A DNA stretch of 35,435 bases, from UHGV virus genome UHGV-0135847; one strand, written 5' to 3'. Source of the DNA: a virus. The position numbers were made by a program, and so were the translations under genes. The notes beneath the pieces were generated by a model. It did not search any database. It had not been told where the DNA came from and saw only the letters and a program-made list of their open reading frames with translations. Of this stretch, positions 15,033 to 23,289 are shown piece after piece; position 1 is the stretch's first letter, and the number at the start of each line of letters is the position of its first letter.

Positions 15033-15869
15033 ATGGCTAATGAAAAAAAGACATCCCGCAAAAAGTTTCGCGTGGCTGTCTCCGGATCAACTGTTGATGG
15101 ACGTGAAATCAGTCCGGTGCATCTGCGTGAAGCCGCCGAGAACTTCAACCCGGATGTTTACGCTGCCCGCGTGAACGTTGAGCACTATCTCTCGCCATGC
15201 CCGTCAAGCGAATTTTCCGCAATGGGCGATGTCACCGCACTGAGTACGGAAGACATTACGGAAGGTCCGCTGGCCGGACGTACTGCGCTGTATGCAGAAA
15301 TCGAACCGACCGAGCGCATGAAGCAGCTTGTCGCGGACGGCAAGAAAATCTATTCCAGTATCGAACTGCACCCGCAGTTCTCCGTTAACGGGCGCGCCTA
15401 TCTGGTCGGGCTGGCGATGACCGACACCCCGGCAAGCCTGGGCACTGAGCGCCTGAAATTCACGGCACAGCAACGTCAGGCGGTAATGACGTTCAACAGT
15501 GTCCAGGGTGAAGCGCCGCTTATCTCCGAAGCCATCGAGTCTGAAATCATCGAAATGGCAGAACAACGCCAGGAAGAAGGCACCCAGTGGTTTAACCGCG
15601 TAATGGGGATTATTGGCCGTGGCCGCAAAGCGGATGACGCCAGTTTTTCCCGTATTCAGGAAGCGGTGGAAGGCGTCGCAACGTCACAGGCCGACATTAT
15701 CGACCGTTTTAATGTGCTGGAAACCCGCCATCAGCAGGACCGCCAGAAAATCACGTCACTGACCACAGAGCTGACAGCACTGAAGGAAAAACTGCGCACG
15801 CAGGACGGCGATCCGCAGAACCGCTTCACCGCAACGGGCGCAGCCTCCGACCAGCTGGCTGACTTCTGA
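15033..15869 (+). CDS. O: Capsid scaffolding protein (P2 gpO-type)
   Basis: Start at ATG 15033 after AGAGGGG RBS; similarity to P2 O (FRVAVSGSTVDGREIS..., YLVGLAMTDTPASLGTE) as recalled; divergent from Q/P operon. Confidence 0.85.
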   Translation: MANEKKTSRKKFRVAVSGSTVDGREISPVHLREAAENFNPDVYAARVNVEHYLSPCPSSEFSAMGDVTALSTEDITEGPLAGRTALYAEIEPTERMKQLVADGKKIYSSIELHPQFSVNGRAYLVGLAMTDTPASLGTERLKFTAQQRQAVMTFNSVQGEAPLISEAIESEIIEMAEQRQEEGTQWFNRVMGIIGRGRKADDASFSRIQEAVEGVATSQADIIDRFNVLETRHQQDRQKITSLTTELTALKEKLRTQDGDPQNRFTATGAASDQLADF

Positions 15870-15892
15870 TAAGACAAAGGAGCAAATTTTTT

Positions 15893-16945
15893 ATGAATCT
15901 GGTGATGTCAGATATTACCCGCAACAAGCTGGGTTGCTATATGGCGCAGCAGGCGTCGCTTAACAATATCCCGGTTTCCGCACTGGTATCGCGATTTACC
16001 GTGGAACCCTCGGTGCAGCAGCGTTTTGAAAACGCCTCAAAGGAAAGCACCGAATTTACAAAAAGAATTAACGTGATCGGCGTGACCGACCAGAAAGGCG
16101 AAAAAATCCTCCTGGACACCACCGGGCCAATTGCACGCACGAATACCAGTTATGACGGCACAAAACGCCGTAACCCGAATAACGTGGTTGATCTGAAAAA
16201 CCGCAAATACCAGTGCGAACAGGTGAACTACGACACGTTTATTTCATATCCGCAGCTTGATGCCTGGGCGGCACATCCTGATTTTCAGTCCCGCATCAGC
16301 GCACAGATTGCCCGACAGGTGGCGCTTGACCGCATCATGATCGGTTTCAACGGCACGTCTCACGCGGATGAGTCCAACTTCAGCACCAACAAGCTGCTTC
16401 AGGACGTTAACGTGGGATGGCTGGAGCACATCAGAACCGACGCCAGCGAACGCGTTATGAATGACGTGACGCTGACCTCCCGCAACATGGACAACACCGT
16501 GGCGCACGCGGGTAAGTATGCGAACGCTGATGCACTGGTACAGGACGCACGCTCATCCCTGCTGGATGAATGGCACAAGGAAGCTGACGACCTTGTGGTG
16601 ATTATGGGGCGCAACCTGTTTAACTCGCTGCGTCTGCCCGTGCTGAACAGCATCAGCGGCCAGAATCCCAATGCGGAATTACTTGCCGGGCAGCTCATCC
16701 TGTCATCGCGCACCATTGGCGGGCTGGGCGTGTTCCTTGCGCCGTTCTTCCCGGATGCAACGATGCTGATCACCTCGTTCAACAACCTGTCGATTTACTG
16801 GCAGAAAGGTTCAATGCGTCGCCTGATGAAAGACGAGCCGGAATACAACCGCATCGCCACCTACCAGTCCATCAATGACGCTTATGTCGTTGAAGACTAT
16901 GGCAAGTGCGCGATGGTCACTGGCCTGAAGTTCGCCGACAGCTAA
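15893..16945 (+). CDS. N: Major capsid protein (P2 gpN-type)
   Basis: 350 aa; motifs FTVEPSV, GFNGT, LSIYW, YVVEDY parallel P2 N as recalled; AAGGAG RBS. Confidence 0.9.
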   Translation: MNLVMSDITRNKLGCYMAQQASLNNIPVSALVSRFTVEPSVQQRFENASKESTEFTKRINVIGVTDQKGEKILLDTTGPIARTNTSYDGTKRRNPNNVVDLKNRKYQCEQVNYDTFISYPQLDAWAAHPDFQSRISAQIARQVALDRIMIGFNGTSHADESNFSTNKLLQDVNVGWLEHIRTDASERVMNDVTLTSRNMDNTVAHAGKYANADALVQDARSSLLDEWHKEADDLVVIMGRNLFNSLRLPVLNSISGQNPNAELLAGQLILSSRTIGGLGVFLAPFFPDATMLITSFNNLSIYWQKGSMRRLMKDEPEYNRIATYQSINDAYVVEDYGKCAMVTGLKFADS

Positions 16946-16990
16946 TCAACTCACGGCGGGCATCATGCCCGCCAGTAACGGAGAGAACAA

Positions 16991-17791
16991 ATGATTACTC
17001 CTGCACAGCAACACTGGCAGAACGTGATGGCACAGCGCGCAGGCCGGGCGAATGAAGGCGTGGACCACGCCGCGCGTACCGCGCATGAAGAGGTGCTGTA
17101 TCGTCTGCGTCTGGCACAGGCCCGGCTTAAGGGCGTACAGGCCAGAAGCGCGAAAGCCGCCATCAAAAAAGAGTTGTTGCCGGATTTTTCCGGCTGGATT
17201 GAGGGAACGCTGGAGGCTGACGGCGGGCAGCAGGATGAAGTGATTGCCACGCTGATGGTGTGGGCGATTGACTGTGGCGATCTTCCGCTTGCGCTGCGTA
17301 TCGGCGCGTATGTGGTCCGTCACAACCTCATCATGCCGGATAACTTTGGCCGTACTGCTGCCACGGTACTGACCGAAGAAATCTGTAATCCGGTACTGAC
17401 GCAGGCTGGGACGGATGCCGACGCGGATTTGTCCGCCTTTATCGAACCACTGGACACCCTCCGGGAGATTGTCACCGACCAGGACATGCCGGACGAAGTG
17501 CGCGCCAAATTATGCAAGGCGTGCGCCTTTGCCCGTCGTGGTCTGACCGATGCAGACAACATGGCCTTATCACTGAAGCTGCTGCGCGAAGCGATGCACC
17601 TGAACCCGAACGCAGGTGTGAAACGCGAGATTGCAACCCTTTCCCGCGCCCTGAAAAAAGCCGATTCCGCAGCCGCACCAGAAGACGCCAGCACACAGCA
17701 GGCGCAGGACGAAAGCAGCAAAAGTAAAAAGACAACGCGGAAGCCTGCAACACGAAAAACCACCGCGACGCAGAAGGCGAAGCGCGGTTAA
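16991..17791 (+). CDS. M: Terminase small (endonuclease) subunit (P2 gpM-type)
   Basis: 266 aa; PDEVRAKL and KKELLP motifs parallel P2 M; basic C-terminal tail. Confidence 0.85.
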   Translation: MITPAQQHWQNVMAQRAGRANEGVDHAARTAHEEVLYRLRLAQARLKGVQARSAKAAIKKELLPDFSGWIEGTLEADGGQQDEVIATLMVWAIDCGDLPLALRIGAYVVRHNLIMPDNFGRTAATVLTEEICNPVLTQAGTDADADLSAFIEPLDTLREIVTDQDMPDEVRAKLCKACAFARRGLTDADNMALSLKLLREAMHLNPNAGVKREIATLSRALKKADSAAAPEDASTQQAQDESSKSKKTTRKPATRKTTATQKAKRG

Positions 17792-17892
17792 CGACTGACC
17801 CCGTCAGCGGGCGGCGTGCGCGGTGTTCCGGTTTGACTCCGTGACCGTTTACACCGCGCACCCACCGCCCGATTTTTTCAGGAGTGAACCCC

Positions 17893-18387
17893 ATGAGTAT
17901 GGTTGCCAGAACCAACCCCGGACCCGCAGAGGACGACATCACCGATACCGATGATGGTGATACCCGTATTTCAGCAGGTGCATTCTGGCCGGATATTGTG
18001 CTGCGTGAACTGCGTCTGGCGGTACGACTGCCGGGCCGTGTGACCACCTCCCGCCTGCTGCATACCGCCACCGGGGCCGTGGCACACGTTACCCGCGAGC
18101 TGGAAGCGTGGCAGCAGGAACAGCAGGCGGCTGGCCATCAGACGCTGGCCGATGTTCCGGCACCCGTAATTAACGGAGAAAGCGTCAATCTCTGGCACTG
18201 GCGCAATGCGGTTTACACCGCCACACGCGCCCTGATTCTGGAGCGTTACCGCGATGCGGACACAACGGACAAGGGCGACCGCCGGGCGGACGCACTGGAT
18301 ATACAGACATCGGATTTGTGGCGCGATGTGAGCTGGGCCATCTCTGACATTCTGTGCCGCCCGCGAATCTTTGCGGAGTTGTGCTGA
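17893..18387 (+). CDS. L: Head completion/stabilisation protein (P2 gpL-type)
   Basis: Start at ATG 17893 after CAGGAG RBS; position between M and X; stop overlaps X start. Confidence 0.8.
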   Translation: MSMVARTNPGPAEDDITDTDDGDTRISAGAFWPDIVLRELRLAVRLPGRVTTSRLLHTATGAVAHVTRELEAWQQEQQAAGHQTLADVPAPVINGESVNLWHWRNAVYTATRALILERYRDADTTDKGDRRADALDIQTSDLWRDVSWAISDILCRPRIFAELC

Positions 18388-18587
18388 TGAAAGTGAAGGC
18401 ACTGGAAGGCGACACCGTGGATTCGCTCTGTTTCCGGTACTACGGCACGACGCAGGGCGTCACCGAAAAGGTGCTGGATGCCAACCCCGGACTCTGTCAG
18501 CAGGTATTTCTGGACGCCGGGCAGGAAGTGGAGATGCCGGAGCCAGAGAAGAAGAAACGAGAAATGATTCAGTTGTGGGGGGAGTAG
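18387..18587 (+). CDS. X: Tail protein X (LysM-like small tail component)
   Basis: 66 aa MKVKALEGDTVDSLCFRYYG..., start ATG 18387 overlapping L stop; position as in P2. Confidence 0.75.
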   Translation: MKVKALEGDTVDSLCFRYYGTTQGVTEKVLDANPGLCQQVFLDAGQEVEMPEPEKKKREMIQLWGE

Positions 18588-18589
18588 CA

Positions 18590-18913
18590 GTGAGCACCAT
18601 TCAAACAGGGATCACAGAGCAGGTTATTGCGTGGCTCTTTGACCACCTGCCAACGGTGTATGCAGTAGGCGCGGCGGTCAGCATTTCCGCGCTGATGAGT
18701 CTTTATGACGGACGAACACTGGTTCAGACCGTAACGGGATCGCTGGCGTGCGGCGTTCTTGCCATGGCCGTGGCCGGGTCGTTGCGCTTCTTCGGTTTTC
18801 CTGAAGATGCCGTGACGTTTATCGGCGCATCAATCGGTTTTATGGGCGCAGAGAAAGCACGCGACAAGGTTATTGCAGCCTTTAATCGCAGGGTGAAGGA
18901 GAAGGACGAATGA
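18590..18913 (+). CDS. Putative holin (GTG start)
   Basis: 107 aa with hydrophobic helices (IAWLFDHLPTVYAVGAAVSISALM, LACGVLAMAVAGSL, VTFIGASIGFMGA), GGGGGGAG RBS, first gene of lysis cassette; stop overlaps endolysin start. Confidence 0.6.
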   Translation: MSTIQTGITEQVIAWLFDHLPTVYAVGAAVSISALMSLYDGRTLVQTVTGSLACGVLAMAVAGSLRFFGFPEDAVTFIGASIGFMGAEKARDKVIAAFNRRVKEKDE

Positions 18914-19302
18914 GCAACACATTTAAATTCAGCAGCCGGAGCGAAAAGAATTTGCAGGGCGTAAATCCTGATCTGGTGAAAGTGACCCGACGGGCACTGG
19001 AAATTTCGGAAGTGGATTTTGGTATCACCGAAGGGTTGCGCAGCCGTTACCGCCAGAAGCAACTTGTGGCCACAGGTAAGAGCCAGACCATGAACAGCCG
19101 CCACCTTACGGGACATGCCGTGGATGTTGTGGCTTATATCGGCAGCCAGGTGTCATGGGAATGGCCGCTGTACGAAAAAATCGCAGCAGCATTCAGACAG
19201 GCCAGCCGGGAACTGAATATTCCGGTGGAATGGGGCGGCGACTGGAAGACCCTGAAAGACGGACCGCATTTTCAGTTACCACACGGAGCCTATCCGGCAT
19301 GA
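18910..19302 (+). CDS. Endolysin, T5-type L-alanyl-D-glutamate peptidase (peptidase M15 family)
   Basis: 130 aa; FKFSSRSEKNLQGVNPDLVKVTRRALEISEVDFGITEGLRS and SRHLTGHAVDV closely parallel phage T5 endolysin as recalled. Confidence 0.85.
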   Translation: MSNTFKFSSRSEKNLQGVNPDLVKVTRRALEISEVDFGITEGLRSRYRQKQLVATGKSQTMNSRHLTGHAVDVVAYIGSQVSWEWPLYEKIAAAFRQASRELNIPVEWGGDWKTLKDGPHFQLPHGAYPA

Positions 19303-19706
19303 AGCTCTGGCCCACGCTTGGCGTCGCTTTCCTTCTGATTGCCGGATGGGGAACATCCATGCGTCTGTCGTGGTCGCTGGGCCGGGAGAACGCCAGAAAC
19401 GAAGCGCAGGCCAGCGCCCTGAAAAGCACCGTCGACACCCTGAATATCATCAGCACCGGGGTACAGGATATGCAGCAGGTGCTGGCGCAACTCCGCGTGG
19501 AAAATCAACAGAGAAATCAGGACGGAGAGGCCAGACGTGAACAGCTACGCAACGATATTGCAAAAGATGAATGCGCCCACGCTTTGCCTGACGCTCGTTT
19601 TACTGACAGGTTGCGCAGGCACGCAGAACGCGCCACGGCCAGCGCCGTCAGTCCGGCTTATACCGCAGACGCTGACCATACCGGTAACGCCTCCCCCCTT
19701 CCCTGA
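19299..19706 (+). CDS. i-spanin (Rz/LysB-like), N-terminal membrane anchor
   Basis: ATG 19299 overlaps endolysin stop (ATGA); N-terminal TM LWPTLGVAFLLIAGWG then charged coiled-coil-like region. Confidence 0.65.
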   Translation: MKLWPTLGVAFLLIAGWGTSMRLSWSLGRENARNEAQASALKSTVDTLNIISTGVQDMQQVLAQLRVENQQRNQDGEARREQLRNDIAKDECAHALPDARFTDRLRRHAERATASAVSPAYTADADHTGNASPLP

Positions 19707-19857
19707 CACTCCCACATGGGGAAATCTCGGTATATGGGGCGACCGCCTTCTGGATGCACTGGAAACCTGTAACGCGGATAAACGGGCCATTGAATTACTG
19801 GAACAGCGCAGGCTGCAACGACTGAACAACGAGGACAACAACCATGCTGAAAACTGA
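19537..19857 (+). CDS. o-spanin (Rz1/LysC-like lipoprotein) starting inside the i-spanin gene in another frame and extending beyond it
   Basis: Lipobox LLTGC, Pro-rich mature part (PRPAPSVRLIPQTLTIPVTPPPFPDTP); alternative start ATG 19567. Confidence 0.65.
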   Translation: MNSYATILQKMNAPTLCLTLVLLTGCAGTQNAPRPAPSVRLIPQTLTIPVTPPPFPDTPTWGNLGIWGDRLLDALETCNADKRAIELLEQRRLQRLNNEDNNHAEN

Positions 19858-20311
19858 TTCCCTGCGTGAAGCCATGACCCGTTCATGCCGATGGTGTCAG
19901 GCTAACCCGGAAAAATTCACCATTTTCGTGGAGAGCGGCAACATTGAAACGACCGGAGAAACGCCCTCGTTTGTTTACCGCTATCAGATGGTGATGTTTG
20001 TCATGGATTACGCCGGAGAGCTGGACGACCTCACGCTGCCGCTGCTGGCGTGGTTATCCGAAAATCAGCCACAGTTGTTGCTCAATCCGGAGCGTAATCA
20101 GGACATCAAATTTTCCGCCGTTATCAATGACGATGACAGCGCCGATCTCCTGTTTACGCTCCCTCTGCGGGAACGCGTTCGCATCACGCGCAGCAGTCAG
20201 GGGACACCGCAGGCAGAACACCTGCCGGAGCCAAAACCCCGCCTGCCATCTTCCGAAGGCGACTGGTCGCATGTATTCCAGGATGTGACGTGGGGTGAAA
20301 GCGATGGATAA
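19844..20311 (+). CDS. R: Tail completion protein (P2 gpR-type)
   Basis: 155 aa, same size and position as P2 R. Confidence 0.8.
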   Translation: MLKTDSLREAMTRSCRWCQANPEKFTIFVESGNIETTGETPSFVYRYQMVMFVMDYAGELDDLTLPLLAWLSENQPQLLLNPERNQDIKFSAVINDDDSADLLFTLPLRERVRITRSSQGTPQAEHLPEPKPRLPSSEGDWSHVFQDVTWGESDG

Positions 20312-20939
20312 GGCATTCACCCGCGTGGATGAAACCTTTGAGGCCATCCGCGACAGCCTGAATCAGCAGGCCATCAATAACATCGCCAGAAAGCTGGCAC
20401 AGGATTTACGCCGCGCCCAGCAGGCGCGTATCCGGTCACAGAAAGCGCCGGACGGGACCGCGTGGACACCACGCAGACGCCGCGTAACCCGGATACAGGA
20501 ACGCATTCGCTTTATCTGGAATAACGAAGCACGCACGCTGAAAAACTGGCATCACGACACGGGGAAATACGGGCGAACCATTACCGGGTGGGATGAGGAT
20601 AAAAACAATATCCGCACGTTTTACCGGGATGACATCGACCGTTTTCTGGAAATACGCACCCGGCGCATCAACCAGGACAGCACAAAGCGCGTCCCCATGT
20701 TCGTAAAACTGCGCACCGCCCGCTACCTGAAAGCCCGTGCAGATGCTTCCGGTGTGACGGTGGGTTACAGCGGCGTGGCCGCACGTATTGCCCGCGTTCA
20801 TCAGTTCGGTGAGCGCGATCAGGTTGCGCCGGGCATTTTCACCGATTACCCGGTACGTGAGCTGTTGGGCATCAGCCAGGCAGATGAGCGCCTGATTTAT
20901 AACACGGTGCTGGGCCGGATTGCGGAGGCTGTACGGTGA
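20304..20939 (+). CDS. S: Tail completion / virion morphogenesis protein (P2 gpS-type)
   Basis: Start ATG 20304 overlapping R stop; position between R and V. Confidence 0.75.
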   Translation: MDKAFTRVDETFEAIRDSLNQQAINNIARKLAQDLRRAQQARIRSQKAPDGTAWTPRRRRVTRIQERIRFIWNNEARTLKNWHHDTGKYGRTITGWDEDKNNIRTFYRDDIDRFLEIRTRRINQDSTKRVPMFVKLRTARYLKARADASGVTVGYSGVAARIARVHQFGERDQVAPGIFTDYPVRELLGISQADERLIYNTVLGRIAEAVR

Positions 20940-21517
20940 GCGCAGAACTCATGCGACTGCTGAGCAACATCATCCGCACCGGGATCATCTCTGAAGTTGA
21001 TGAGGAATCCTGGTGCGTGCGCGTTCGCAGCGGCGAACTGGAAACAGGCTGGCTGCGCTGGAACACCACGCGCGCGGGAGACTTCAATGTGTGGCTGCCG
21101 CCATCACCAGGCGAACAGGTGGTAATTGCCTGCATTGGCGGCAACCCGGAAACCGCCATGATAATTGGCAGCCTGTGGAGTGATGCCAGTCCGGCCCCCG
21201 GCAAAAGCCTGAAAGAAATCGTGATCAGCACGCCGGATGGCGCGGTGTTCCGCTACGACGCGGACGCAGGCGCGCTGAGCGCCAGCGGCATGAAAACGGC
21301 CACTTTACAGGCATCCGTCAGCGTGACACTGGACACGCCCGTCGTGGAATGCACAAACCTTCTGAGAACAGCGACGCTTGACGTCACAAAAGGAGGAAAG
21401 ATGAGCGGCAATATCACGCACAGCGGCGGCGATTTCACCTCAAACGGCATCACAGTGCATACGCATAAACACGGTGGTGTTAAAGGTGGCAGCGATTCGA
21501 CAGGAGGCCCGCAGTGA
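20936..21517 (+). CDS. V: Baseplate spike/assembly protein (P2 gpV-type)
   Basis: GTG start overlapping S stop (GTGA); C-terminal VHTHKHGGVKGGSDSTGGP matches gpV spike apex motif. Confidence 0.85.
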   Translation: MSAELMRLLSNIIRTGIISEVDEESWCVRVRSGELETGWLRWNTTRAGDFNVWLPPSPGEQVVIACIGGNPETAMIIGSLWSDASPAPGKSLKEIVISTPDGAVFRYDADAGALSASGMKTATLQASVSVTLDTPVVECTNLLRTATLDVTKGGKMSGNITHSGGDFTSNGITVHTHKHGGVKGGSDSTGGPQ

Positions 21518-21864
21518 CAACCCGCTACACAGGAATGAACCCGGACGGAACGGGAAACCTGAATGATATGGAGCACCTGAAACAGTCAGTCAGGGACATC
21601 CTGACCACCCCGCTGGCAAGCCGGGTTATGCGACGGGAATATGGCAGCCTTGTGCCTGATTTGATTGACGAACCCATGAATAACACCACGCGTCTGCAAT
21701 GCATGAGTGCTGCCGTGATTGCGCTGACACGATGGGAACCCCGCATTGCCCTGGATGCCATCGACGTTGTCTGGAAAGCGGGAGGCCGCGCCGGGGTGAC
21801 GCTGTCGGGCACTGTCATGCAGACCATGCAGAATGTTGAGTTAACCATCACGCTGAGGGAGTAA
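21514..21864 (+). CDS. W: Baseplate protein W (gp25-like)
   Basis: 116 aa MTTRYTGMN... with SRVMRREYGSL motif as in P2 W; GTG start after CAGGAGG RBS overlapping V stop. Confidence 0.85.
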   Translation: MTTRYTGMNPDGTGNLNDMEHLKQSVRDILTTPLASRVMRREYGSLVPDLIDEPMNNTTRLQCMSAAVIALTRWEPRIALDAIDVVWKAGGRAGVTLSGTVMQTMQNVELTITLRE

Positions 21865-21867
21865 ATC

Positions 21868-22764
21868 ATGCCCGCCGTTGACCTTTCCCAGTTACCGGAA
21901 CCCGCCATCATCGCGGAGCCTGACTTTGAAGCAATTCTGGCTGACACAAAAGCCATGATGATTGCGTCCTATCCCGCCGAACAGCGTGAAGCCGTTTCCG
22001 CCGCGCTGGAGCTGGAATCAGAACCCCTTAACGTTATCGCTCAAACCATGTCGTTTCGTGAAATGCTGTTACGCCAGCGGGTCAATGAGGGTGCACGCGC
22101 CTGCATGTTAAGCCACAGCGCCGGGACAGACCTGGACAACCTCGCAGGCAATATGAACACAAAGCGCCTGGTTATCACTCCGGCAACGGATACCACCGAC
22201 GCGGTGATGGAAAGCGACACCTCGCTGAGACTGCGGGCGCAACGGGCGTACGACGGCCTGAGTGTTGCTGGCCCGTCAGGTGCATACGAGTATTTTGCCC
22301 GCAGCGCCAGCGGTCTGGTGCGTGATGCGCGGGCTATCAGTCCGTCTCCGGCAAATGTGACGGTTTCCATCCTGTCCACTGAAGGCGACGGCACAGCAAC
22401 GGAGGCGTTGCTTAATACCGTTCGCGCCGTTCTGAATGCAGAGGATACCCGCCCGGTGGCCGACCGCCTGACCGTACAGAGTGCCAGAATCGTGACATGG
22501 CGGCTGAATGCAAAACTGTACTTTTACCCCGGCCCGGAATCCGAACCTATTCTGGCCGCGGCGGAATCGTCGTTCAGGAAGTGGCTGTCTGAGCAGGGGC
22601 TTATCGGTCAGGACGTGGCGTTGTCAGCCATTGCTGCCGCACTGCATGTGCACGGTGTGCAACGCGTGGAGATAATCGAACCCACACAAAATATGGCCAT
22701 CAGCGACATACAGGCGGCGCGCTGTGAGTCATTCACCATCAGCGAAGGTGGACGTAATGAGTAA
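21868..22764 (+). CDS. J: Baseplate protein J
   Basis: 298 aa; N-terminus MPAVDLSQLPEPAIIAEPDFEAILAD parallels P2 J. Confidence 0.9.
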   Translation: MPAVDLSQLPEPAIIAEPDFEAILADTKAMMIASYPAEQREAVSAALELESEPLNVIAQTMSFREMLLRQRVNEGARACMLSHSAGTDLDNLAGNMNTKRLVITPATDTTDAVMESDTSLRLRAQRAYDGLSVAGPSGAYEYFARSASGLVRDARAISPSPANVTVSILSTEGDGTATEALLNTVRAVLNAEDTRPVADRLTVQSARIVTWRLNAKLYFYPGPESEPILAAAESSFRKWLSEQGLIGQDVALSAIAAALHVHGVQRVEIIEPTQNMAISDIQAARCESFTISEGGRNE

Positions 22765-23287
22765 TTCACTGTTACCGCCATCAGCCAGCAATTTCATGCG
22801 TTGCGCCGAAGCTGTCGGAGCGCGCATTACAAACATCCCGGTAGACCTCAACACACTGTGGTCACCAGATACCTGCCCGGTGCATCTGCTGCCTTATCTC
22901 GCCTGGGCATTTTCCGTTGACCGCTGGGATCGCAACTGGCCGGAAGAGACAAAGCGACAGGTTATTCGTGATGCATGGCTGATACACCGACACAAAGGGA
23001 CCATCAGCGCACTGCGCCGGGCCATTGAGCCGCTGGGATACCTCATTCGCGTGTCTGAGTGGTGGGAGTTCGGCGGAGAACCGGGAACATTTACCGTTGA
23101 AGTCGGCACGCTGGACAGTGGCGTGACGGAGGAAATGTATCTGGAAATGGAGCGGTTGATTGCTGATGCCCGCCCGGTCAGCCGCCACATGACAGGGCTG
23201 AATATCATTCAGGAAATTCCGGGGGATATTTTCGCAGCGGCGGCAACTTATGACGGTGAAGTTATTACCATTTATCCAGGCGATTAA
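22757..23287 (+). CDS. I: Baseplate protein I
   Basis: ATG 22757 overlapping J stop; 176 aa, size and position as P2 I. Confidence 0.85.
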   Translation: MSNSLLPPSASNFMRCAEAVGARITNIPVDLNTLWSPDTCPVHLLPYLAWAFSVDRWDRNWPEETKRQVIRDAWLIHRHKGTISALRRAIEPLGYLIRVSEWWEFGGEPGTFTVEVGTLDSGVTEEMYLEMERLIADARPVSRHMTGLNIIQEIPGDIFAAAATYDGEVITIYPGD

Positions 23288-23289
23288 GC

